Positions 11,184 through 22,500 of a stretch of 64,000 bases of DNA are shown here, piece by piece (within the stretch, counting starts at the first letter, position 1; each line of letters opens with the position of its first letter). Made by a program: the position numbers and the translations under genes. This stretch comes from Eledone cirrhosa. Lineage: Eukaryota. Under the pieces are notes generated by a model. It ran no database searches, was not told where the DNA came from, and saw nothing but the letters and a program-made list of their open reading frames with translations. Location: the NCBI GenBank assembly GCA_964016885.1, contig OZ024740.1, positions 304,110,001-304,174,000 on the forward strand, in the 5' to 3' direction.

Positions 11184-12407
11184 TATGTTAGAGACACAGT
11201 GTGATGATCAGAGCGTTCTATGTATTTCACTATGATTTGAGGCATGGACTTCACAACGATGTTGCTGGATATCACTTTTCTGCTTGTTAAAACTTAATCA
11301 CTAATAGTTTAACCTTTAGTTACAATATTTCTGATGAAAAATACTTAACTAATGTATTGGTACGCGATGGAGCCCACCCACAGCCCCGGCGGACAGAATG
11401 GAGAAGGTGTTTCCCCGGAGGACGGCAAGGGAGACGCGCTGGAAAAGCCACTCCAACTCGCGGGGCTCACACCTGCGGCTAGCCAGCTCAGCGCCGATGG
11501 TGGTGAGTGTGGGTTTCCATAGTCTGCTGGTAATCTAGTCTTCACATATGTAGGGTAACACATCCTTAAAGATTTAATACAGAGAGTTTAAGACTTGTTG
11601 GCTTTCCTAAAGCTGATTTAACCAGTTTACCAATGTAACACACTTCTGTACTTCTGACAGTTCGTAAAGCCACGGGTAAGAATTGGGTGCCACGTATGAG
11701 GCCAGTGGCAGATAAGATGTCCTGACAAGAATTGGCTGCACCCTTACCCTTTTGAGTATGTGAGGGCGGTTACAATGATGATAGTCGTAATGATGATAAT
11801 TTCAATCCGCATAGCTTGACAGCATGCCACCACAAAACGTCATACATTTGTTTGATATTGGGCACCATACGACCATTTCCTTCTAATAAAGAACGGAGAG
11901 TAATTTTGTTACTGTATCGACTCTCTCAACTACCCATACTCAGCACAAAGGTTTCGTTCTTTTGCAACTTACAACACAACCTTCATGTTTGGCCGCGAAG
12001 AAACGGCCACAGGACAGTCTTGTAATAGCATATCAACTATGTTGCTTTCTCGAAAAGACTATTCCAGCTTCTTAAACACTTTTCTTTTAATTTTATAGTT
12101 TTTACTGTTATTTCCTCGGAGTACGTAACGAATTCTAACATTTCTTGTTAAATCTAACCCATACCTATTATTTACAGCAACGCTATTTCGGTTCTTTATG
12201 GTTAAATCAGTATTGTCAAGCCATACACACCGAGAACGACGGGTTAAACTACCAACATATAAATCGACTATAACAAACATGTTTCAATAACCGACTAAGT
12301 AAAATTTCGTACAATCTGCTGTATTTCGAAACAACCTGATAACATTTTATTTAAATACGATTTGCTTAGACCAGAGATGGGGAACCTGCGGTCTTATATG
12401 TCTTTCT

Positions 12408-12618
12408 GCAGGGGTGGTGGAAGCATTTCTGAATTGGGTGGAGGTGGGGATAAATTTAGACGTTTAGCTGTAGTGATTAGTTTAGCTCTTTACACTCTAA
12501 AATGATCAGAAAACTGTAGCGCATATCCAAATAGATGTGTGTTTTGGTAGTTTGGGGAGAAAACATAATTATTGGCGGAGGAGGGCATGCCCCCACCCCC
12601 CTAATTCCACCGTCACTG
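12408..12618 (+). mobile_element. hAT-like MITE
   Basis: CAGGGGTGGTGGAA...TTCCACCGTCACTG termini; homologues at 29015-29247 and partly 18205-18600. No TSD seen. Confidence 0.6.
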
Positions 12619-12681
12619 TATATATATATATATATAATTATATGCAATTTTGGCAAGAAACTGGTATTATACCCAATTTAT

Positions 12682-12769
<88 letters not shown>

Positions 12770-12845
12770 CGAAGGAAATGTGGTAAGGAACCAGGTGGAC
12801 CATAACGCACCAAAGTACTCAATACTTGGGGTAGTAGAGTGGGTA

Positions 12846-12948
12846 ATAGGAACCAGTAAGACCCCGACAGCTGAGCTCAAGCCGTTTCGTCCAGAATTAG
12901 CCGTCGAAACGGCTTGAGCTCAGCTGTCGGGGTCTTACTGGTTCCTAT
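12846..12948. repeat. Perfect 44-bp inverted repeat in a PLE-type fragment
   Basis: Arms 12846-12889 and 12905-12948, 15-nt loop; element flanked by (TA)n; homologous fragment at ~60195-60292. Confidence 0.9.
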
Positions 12949-12964
12949 ATATATATATATATAT

Positions 12965-13110
12965 ATATTCATTTATTATGGTTATTGGTGAGTTTTGTTA
13001 CTCTAAAGTTTCACCTGCGCACTCACAGGATCATCAGTCTTGTCTGATGATCCTGTGAGTACGTAGGGAAGACTCCAGAGTACAAAGGCTTAGCCATAAT
13101 AAATGAATAT
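12965..13110. mobile_element. Fold-back PLE-type fragment with hammerhead core in both arms
   Basis: + arm TTGT-CTGATGA-TCCTG..TAGG-GAAGAC-TCCAGA-GTA-CAA; - arm CTGATGA-TCCTG..CAGGT-GAAAC-TTTAGA-GTA-ACAA. Confidence 0.7.
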
Positions 13111-13578
13111 TTAAACTCTACTTAGGTATTGTGCTTTCATTCTTACGTCCGTCAATTATTCACGTACTCTCAGGTTTTGAATAATCATCCCCTGCTTATT
13201 AATTTTTCAGACCCCCCCCCCCCCGGTTTTTATTCCACCCCGTTCCCCACACGCTTATCAAATTTTGCTAATCTATCTCCTACAACCTCTGCCACACCCT
13301 CGAATGAACAACAAACTCAAACCAATTCCTTCCATCGTTACATCCACTCCACATTCATCGCTCGCTACACAACTCACCATCAACTTCGCTACACTCAACT
13401 CACATGCCTATTCGCTACATATCTAACTATTATTTTAGTCTGGATAAGGTCCTTGTGGAAATAGAATCTGAGTGGCCTCAGACGATTGAAGGTATATCTG
13501 TAGCGAAATGTGTCGACCCATGTCTTGTGAGTGAACTTGGGTAGACAGAAATTGTTTGGAAGCCTTTCGAAAGGACTA

Positions 13579-13980
13579 TATTCTCGGGTCTCGAATAATC
13601 GTCCCCACCCTCGCTTATTAATTTTTCAGACCCCCCCCCCCCCTTCACCTCGCTCTTATTCCAACACCCCACTTATTAACTTTTCAGAACCCCTGCTTAT
13701 CAAATTTTTCTAATCTAACTCCGGCAAAATTTTATTTTAAGTGGCTGCATTCCTGCGACAATTAATTTTCTTTATACATTAAATGACCAAAAAATACATT
13801 ACAGGAAACCCCATGCGTTATAAAATAAATAGGATGGATTGGGGTCTTAATATGTAAACTGAACGACTAATTCTGGAGTGAAAAAAAAAATAATAATAAT
13901 CAATGGAGACAACCTAGAAAAATTATCGATTTTCCAACCACCCCCGCTTATTCCCCTCTATTATTTGGGACCCGAGAGTA
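13579..13980. mobile_element. TA-flanked Tc1/mariner-pogo-type MITE
   Basis: TIRs TA(C/T)TCTCGGGTC..AATAA / TTATT..GACCCGAGAGTA. Other copies at 14298-14649, 20781-21155, ~21540-21870, 30400-30744, ~37640-37929, ~53130-53495, 61618-61944. Confidence 0.85.
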
Positions 13981-15117
13981 CTGTAAAAGACTAGCCTTGT
14001 CACATACTGTGTCATGTTGAATCATTCTGAGAATTGTCATGGCTACATCTGGCTGTGAAATAATGTTCAACCATTTACTGTTACATTGACTGAAAAACTG
14101 GAACACTCATCGACGAAACCGACGGACATCCATTCCAAACCTTTCCCCGTCTTCCCCAGCTTATAGATGTGCTGTTTCTTCTCAGTCTCTTCTTTTCTAC
14201 TCCCTCGAAGAAACAATTTACCTACCCGATCCACCCAGGTACATCCGATTACTCCCGCTCCTGTTAGTTTTGTCAGCTCTTCTTATTAACTTCCATATAC
14301 TCTCGGGTCCCAAATAATTGAGGGGTTAGGTGGAATAAGCGGTGGGGGCGGGGGTAATTTTTTAGATTGACTCCGTTGAATTTTAAAAAACCCAGAATTA
14401 ATCGTTTTGTTTACATATTGAGACCTCATCCTATTTATTTTATAACGTGTGTATTTTATAACGCAGTGATGTTCTTTGTTTTTTAATGTATACAGAAAAT
14501 TAATCATCGCAGGATTACTACAACTTAAAATAAAATTTCACCGGAGATAGATTTGCAAAATTTAATAAGCGGTGTGTGTGTGTATGTGGGTGGATCTGAA
14601 AAATTAATACGTGGGGGTTGGGTGGACGATTATTCGAGACCCGAGAGTACGCTTTTCTCAATGGCGGCAATGTGTATCTGCAGGTGTTAAACCTGGATAT
14701 CAACAACATTGGTTTGACAATCTGGCTCATTTATTCATTTATTTTTCTGTTTGTGCCAGAAAGTAATATTTTAAATCTACAAGTCTGTTATTACATAAAA
14801 TAGTTTAGAATGAATAAAACCATTTAAGATATATAATAGTGCTATAAAACGTAGAGACATTTGAATGTGGTTCTCACTTGATAAACAAAGCTTCAACTTA
14901 CCTGGTATAATGAGAATTGCTGATTCACTTGACTCAGCGATTTTACAAAGTATAACCTTTATAAAACTCATATGTTGGGGAAAAAAATAAAATAAAAGGA
15001 TTCATTTGATTTACAGAAAGTCACTTCCAGTGGTGAATTGATATGTTTCTATTTTTAACCCTGCTAAATATAATTTATTCAATACAAATTCTTTATAATT
15101 CTAAAAATTGTTTATTC

Positions 15118-15480
15118 TATTTATGGAATATATCATGTAAATATAGTTTAATAGAAAAAGAAAAAAAAAGAACATTTATATAGAGAAGAATGGAATGTAA
15201 AATAGGAAAATATAAAGAAAAAAAACACGAAAAGGGAGGGAATGGCAAGGACTTTAGTGTTATAGAAGAATGGGAGGGAGGATGATTGGGCTCTGGGCCT
15301 AGAGCGCGGCGGTAAAAAGGCTGCGTCCCGCGGACAAGACCGCAAAAACATTCGTGGAGCTAGGGTGCCGGAAGTGCAGGGGACGTCTTGTCAGAAGCGA
15401 GGGGCCAGTGACTTTAACATCAGAAGTTCGCGGGTCTTTTGCACTCTCTTTCGTCAGGAAGCCGTACCGCTTGGACGTGC
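15118..15480 (-). mobile_element. CRE-type non-LTR retrotransposon 3' end, family B
   Basis: Reverse-complement homology to 33320-33715 (CCGCGCTCTAGGCCCAGAGCCCAATCATCCTCC). Confidence 0.7.
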
Positions 15481-15764
15481 ATGTTCATGAGTGCTATGAT
15501 TGAGTATGTAAGACTTGCTAAACACAAATATAAACCCATATAATGGTTTCTGAGTTAGGCACAAGGCCAACAATTTTGGCGAGGAGGGACAAATCGATTA
15601 AATCGACTGCAGTACATTACTGGTGCTTTATTTTATCGACTCCGTAAGGATGAAAGGCAAAGCTAACATCGGCGGAATTTGAACTCAGAATGTAAAAGGA
15701 CGTGACATATACTACAAAGCATGTTGTCCGACGCTCTACCGATACTGCCAATCCACCGTCCTTA

Positions 15765-16560
15765 TAAACACATACAATAAATACAAATAATTTTAGCTAG
15801 AAACCTCACAAATATAATGGACAAAATATATGATCACAGCGAGAGAAAAAAACAAATAAACAAACAAAAACAACCATCAATTCACGACCAAGTGCGACAT
15901 TCGGTTACACACCACAAAGGTCAACGGAAATGTTTGAGGCAAGCCAGTACGCTGGCAGCATTACTGCGGGTGATAGCGAAGCTAAGGCGCTGAAACAACT
16001 AGGCACCCTCACATATCGGTAAAGCGAACCACCAACAATGACAAGAACTTCTCTGTCAGCGGTCCAGCTCCACCAAACGTCTTGAACTCAACAGGCTGGA
16101 AAATTTTTTTTTTTTATAGTTCCTGGTATTTTATGATTTTATTCCGTTCGGCAACGGAAGCAGTAACCCTCACATTTACTGCGGCATCCATGATGTGGGA
16201 AGGAGCAAAAGAGTCACTGACAGTGGCTTCCCAGATGAGACATCTGCCTGTTAACCAGGGACAAAGGGTAAGATCATCTGGTCTCTTCCCATCAATTCTG
16301 GATAGTCCAGCCGGCTCCAGAACTGAGAGGATGTTTACCCGAGCTAGGACTCGCTTAATGATCAGGTTTAGCTCGATGTGGCAGGTGAAGCGACCAGCAT
16401 TTAGGCGGCAGGACAAACGATGAAGGCATGTGGAGTCGAAGGGGCCTACCACAGCGACATCACAGACATCGGCTCCCACTCGGAGTGCAATGGAGATGCG
16501 GAGCCCGTCCAGACTGAGAAGACCACCAAGTCGATTCGAGTAGTGAATTGGTACATTATT
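15765..16560 (-). mobile_element. CRE-type non-LTR retrotransposon fragment with restriction-like endonuclease
   Basis: H-x2-C knuckle, LEPAGLSRIDGKRPDDLTLCPW..LIWEATVSD and FQRLSFAITRSNAAS; related pieces at 17745-18140(+) and 18665-19045(-). Confidence 0.8.
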
Positions 16561-19500
16561 TATCAACCTCAAAAGTCTGAAAGGCAAAGTTAATATCGGC
16601 GAGATTTGAACACAGACCGTAGAGAGCCGAGATTAATACCACAAAGTATTCTATCCGACGTTCTAACGACTTTGCCACTTCGCTGTCTCCTAGGTTAATT
16701 TAGGATGGAAAAGAAATTGTGGTGCTTTTGTTTCATCATTACTGGTATTTTCTGAAAACCAGGATGTGCTGTGATGATCCAAGTCTCCCTCCCTTAAATA
16801 ATTGTTTCTACTTTTGGCACAAGGCCAGCAATTATCCCAGTTGATTAATGGTACTTTATTTTATCGATCCCGTAAGGATGAAAGGCAAAGTTAAAATAAT
16901 GGCATTTAGAAAAGTGTTAAATTGTTGATGTTGGTGAGGTTGGTAGTAGTATATATTTTATTAATGTGCTTCAACTAGTTGGTTTTAATTTTTAATGCAT
17001 GCACTTCTAATATTTAATCACGCCCTATTTATTTTTCGAGTATCTTTTGTGGTATTGAATGTGTGATTTTATGTCAAATTGAATGTTAGGTTTCGTCTAT
17101 GGTGATGATAAATTATTTAGTTCCATAAAAATACACTTTAGGCCATTATGTATGTATGGACCCGTAACTCCTAGGAGAGTCGTACGGGCACCATATTAAC
17201 ATAGGGCATTTTTAAATATGGCGGAACCCATCTCTCCAGGTCCAGAGAAAAATAGAGAGTGAGAGAAAGGAAGTGAAAATGAGATACAGAAGAATCGACT
17301 CCAGTACTTGACTGGTACTTTTTTTTTATCAACCTTGAATGGATGAAAGGCAAAGTTGACCTCGGCGGAATTTGAACACAGAGAATTCAGAGAATTGGAA
17401 CGAATACTGCAAAGCATTCTATTCGACATTCTAACGAATTTGCCAATTTACCGCACTTTGAAAATTTAGATGTAGACATGCTTCCACAGAGTAGCCCATC
17501 TACCACATTTCACTCACAAGGCTGTCAGGCCATTATAGTTTTTAAAAAAAACAACGTTTTTGTGTTATATCCATGAGTGAATTCTGGAGATATTTTTAAA
17601 TGTGCGGAGATGTACCGTTGGGAATGGAGATAATAACATGTGGTTTTGTTTCATAGAGCCAGAAATGATTTTGTGCGGTTTGGTATCAAAAGAATTAAGC
17701 GTGTTTCGTGCAGAATTGTTACCTGCGTCAGTTTCTGGTGGCATTAGTACATGCTAGAAGAAAAACGAAAATATTTCTTGGTGGAGCTGTGCTGCTGACA
17801 GTGAAGTTCTTGCCATCATTGATGGCTCGTCTTACTGGGGTACCAGCTGATGTCCATCGGGATGCCTGGTTGTTTCAGCGCCTTAACCTCGCCATCATCC
17901 ATGGTAATGCTGCCACCGTGTTGGCTTGCCTCAAAATTTTCAAAATTTTCCGTTGACCCTTGTGATGTGGTATGACCGATTGTCGCACTTGGTGGAGAAT
18001 TGATGGTTGATTTTTTTTCTCTCTCTTCCTGTGAATTTTGGTGTATTATATTTGTGAGATTCCTAGCAATAATTAATTGTATCGTATATTTGTGTTTATA
18101 TTTTCATTCTGTAAGAATTATAAACAATTTTTAATGTTATTTTCTCTGTGACGTATCAGCATCGTTCGACCGTCGTTCAAACCATAACTGTTACGTCTTG
18201 GTCAATTTAGTTGTAGTGATTAGTTTAGCTCTTTGCACTCTAAAATGGTCAGAAAATGCAATTTGAGTCCATGCAGGTCATATTACATTTATAGTTTTCA
18301 ATAATTATAAAGTGATTATAGCAAAATGACCTACGAAATCCGTCTCTGAATACACATACTAGCAATTGGCAAATAGTGATATGTGAAGAAAAAGTTATGA
18401 CATGACAAAAAAATTTACTATGAACGTTAAGATAATATATTACACTGTTATTATCAAATATCAACCAAGATATAAAAAACTTTGATATGTGATAAACATA
18501 ACATGTGCTTAAATTGATATAAAAAACTTTGATATGTGATAAACATAACATGTGCTTAAACACAAATAGATGTGTGTTTTGGTAGTTTGGAGAGAGCCAT
18601 GCCTAGGGATAATAAAATAATTTTTTTTAAAGGGTGAGAGAAGAACCTCACACGTTGGAGTTCCTCTTTAATAATTTCTGAAGCAAGCCAACAGACTGGC
18701 AGCATTGCGCGGGTGGTAGCAAAACGAAGACGCTGGAATAACCAATCACCATTGTGGACATCACCTGAAAGGTCGGTAAGGCGAGCCCCTAACAATGTCA
18801 AGAACTTCGTTGTCAGCAGACCAGCTCACCCAAACGTCTCGAACACCACAGGGGAAAAAGAAAATAGTTTGTCGATTATTCCTGGTATTTTAGAATAATA
18901 TATTTTGTTCGGTTACAGATGCAGTGACTCCCAACTTTACCGCAGCATTCATGGTGACATCCCAAATGAAATATTTACCTCTTATCTAGAGGCAAAAGGT
19001 AAGGCCATCAACCCTCGATAATCCAGTGGGCTCCAGAATTGAGGGAATTTTGACTCGAGCCTTGCTATTAACTAGTTTCTTTTCTATTTACTTTTATTTT
19101 GTGTTGTAATGACTCACACACACACTTTCTCTCTCTCTCTCTCTCTCTGCTAAACTGATGACATCACCTTTCATTCTGAATACAGACGTCATCTACAAGC
19201 AATCGACACCACAAACCTACGGAGAAGTCCTTGTATGATTACTCGACCTTCTAGAAATAGCATCCAAATCTCCCTCAAATCAAACCTCATAAAACCTTTG
19301 ATCATAGTCCTGCTCAATGTGGGCCAGCCTAAACAACTATAACTCACGCCAGAATTTCACTCACTCTATGAATGGAGGCTTTGAAAACACTCTCCAATGA
19401 AAACTCTTTACATGACAATTCAACAAAAGACAATTGCTACGCATATCAAAGACAGTCTTGCATTGTTCCTTCTTCCATATGTAACTAAACCCCACAAATG

Positions 19501-22500
19501 TTAGGCTTCACCATATCCATCACTCTTTACGCCGATGTCATATATATAACTGTGAAAGACGCTTGGCATAATTGTTCGGGGTGTTCGGCTCACGATCCCC
19601 AAGATCTTCAGTTCGATTCCCAGCTGTACGTTATATCCATCAGCAAGACACTTTCTTTTACCTTTCTCCACTTCATTCAGCGGGTAAAAATGAATTGTAC
19701 TCGTAATTTAAAGGGCCAGCCTTGATACAACCGGTGTCACACTGAATCTCCCTGAGAACTACGTTAAGGATACACGTGTCTGTGGAATGCTCGGCCACTT
19801 GTACATTAATTCATGTTCCGGCTGTTCTATTGGTCGAACAAATGGAACACTCAATACTAAAACCGCCGAAGGTCCGTTCCATATATAATTTTATCAAAAC
19901 AACACCCTAAAGCCTGAACATTCACTTCAGGACTAGAAAAGACTTTGAGGCTGATCACTTGCTGACTCTATAAAGCTCAAATGTATTCACATTAAAATAT
20001 TGCTCATACACCTAGATTGGTACTGCTGCTACGTCCGAAATTATCTGTCCGCTCCATCGTCTTTTAAGGAACATTAAAAAATAAACTGTGGTATCCTTGC
20101 CCTCTTACAGGGCATTAGCAATATGAATGATGATGTTCTTCCAACTGGAATAGAGACACAGTTGACAATTCTACTCGCCGGTTTCTTACCCACACTTTTC
20201 AAGTGTTCACCTCTCGCTAAAATTATATTACTATATAACATATTTCATTTTTCTTTTTGTTTCCTCTTCTTGTGTTTTTTTCCCGACTGAAACAATGAAA
20301 GAAGAATGAAAAGATGACCTCTTTAATTTAGCTTGTTTACGGCAGAAATTACAACCTAAAAACGTACAATTATGTCAATTTTTTTTCTTCGTTGAATGTG
20401 CGTACGTTTCTCAGAAATAATAACATCCTATACAACATAAGAATAGCAAATAGGCTGTAAATAAATACATTACACCATTTGTATACAAAAAAATGTGAGG
20501 TTACCCTTCAGAATATTTCCTCCTCGTAATCTCTGACATTTGGAAAATGAGAAAAATGCTTTCTCTTTTAGTGAACATCACAATGAATACTAGATGATAT
20601 AATGGTGACAAGGTCATGAGAAAACAAAAAAAAACAACAACTATATTTAAATGACAGAATTATCAAAATAGAAATGTATTTAACAAGTCATGTGTATATC
20701 TGATTATGTGAATCTGTTTAATATGATTGTATGTATGTATTAAATGTGTGTATATGTGTAAGAAAACATCCAAGCATATGTACTCTTTGGTCCCAAATAA
20801 TAGGGGGTCGGGGAGGCGGAGGAATTCGGTTATTTTTCTAGGTTGTCTCCGTTGATTTCTTTTTTAAACCAGAATTAATCGTTTAGTTTACATATTGAGA
20901 CCACAGTCCATCCTGTTTATTTTATAACCTATGAGGATTTCTTGTAATGTTTCTTATTTGCCATGTATAATGTTTTTTAATATCTAAAGAACATTAATTG
21001 TCGCAGGATTGCTGCCACTTAAAATAAAATTTCTCTGGAGATAGACTTTCAAAATTTAATAAGCAGGGTGGTTGGAATAAGAGCATGGGGGTTGGAAACA
21101 TTTGAAAAATTAATAAGCGGCGGTGGGGGTGACGCTTATTCGAGACCCGAGAGTATGTGTCTTTAATTGTCGGCTTGGAGGCATTCGGATTAGGTTCCTC
21201 CAACTCTACCAATTATCGGCTATTAAGTTTATTTTTGATCAACATTAAATAGATGAAGACAACCATTAACAACACCTTCAATATCTCTCCCACTTTAACG
21301 ATCACCGGTACGGCTCTTTTAAAACCAAATTTACTGGAGATCTTACTCTCTTATGTCATTTACTTTCGAGAAATTTGGTGAAAGCAACCAGTATCAGCAA
21401 AACTTTCAACCATGCCTGACCCGCGTATAACATGGGTTCCATCTTTCTCTTGTTCCTTGGAGCTGTGGTTTCCTATTAAATTGTGGTGCGTGTGTTGATG
21501 GAGTTCCTTTTGACTCACTGTCTATCAACTCTAGTGTGAACCTGGGGGTAGAAAATCGGTAATAATTTTTAAAAAAACCCAGTATTAGTTGTTTAGTTTA
21601 CATATTGAGACTCCAACCTATCCTATTTATTTTATAACGTATGAGATTTCTAGTAATGTACTTTTTTTGTCATGTATAATGTTTTTTAATGTCTAAAAAC
21701 ATTGTCACAGGAATGAGGAATGCTATCACTTAAAATAAAATTTCGCTGGAGATAGATTAGCAACATTTGATAAGCGGGGGGGGGGGGGGGGGGTATTTGG
21801 AAAATTAACAACCGGGTGGGAGTGAAAAATTAATAAGCGAGAGGAGACGATGATTCAAGACCCGAGAGTACTTTACAAATGCCACCTGAAAAGGAATGGT
21901 CACCAGAAATACTGAATTCTCATCTTAAATTGTCTTGTAGAAGAAATAATAGGACACTATATATTGAGAAAACTGGGTGTAGATGTCGAAATGGTACAAT
22001 AGAAAAGTAAATACCTTGGAGTATTTCATTACACTCTTTTACGTTTTGAGCTCGAATCCCGCTCTGGTCGACTTTACCTTTCATCCACCTGATGTTAATA
22101 AATACCAAACATTTCACCCTTTCAAGACCGCATTTCTAATGAAATACACTCTATTTTAATTAGCTAATGAAGAATTTCGAGGGATTTACTAAAATGATTA
22201 ATTATTTCATTACTAAGATAGTATCTTAATGTAAGGTTCTTATATAAAGTTATGTTGGAAGATTTTAATTTAAATTGAAAACCTTTAAATTTGGTGATTT
22301 TTATTTCATAAAACCAGGGCATGTTTTGGCTAGGTTGGTAACTAAAGGGTTAAACAAGAAACTTGTGGAAGTAGTACGAAATACATTTTGCCTCTTCAGC
22401 TTTACCTCGTTAAAACTGGCACTCCGTCGGTTACGACGACGAGTGTTCTAGTTGATACGGTCAACGGAACAGTCTGTTCGTGAAATTAACGTGCAAGTCC

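Noticed and set aside
6210-11290. Host exon split by the Gypsy insertion (joined flanks give a ~57-codon open frame on -)
   Set aside because: No recognisable protein, no convincing splice signals, and the length is within chance range.
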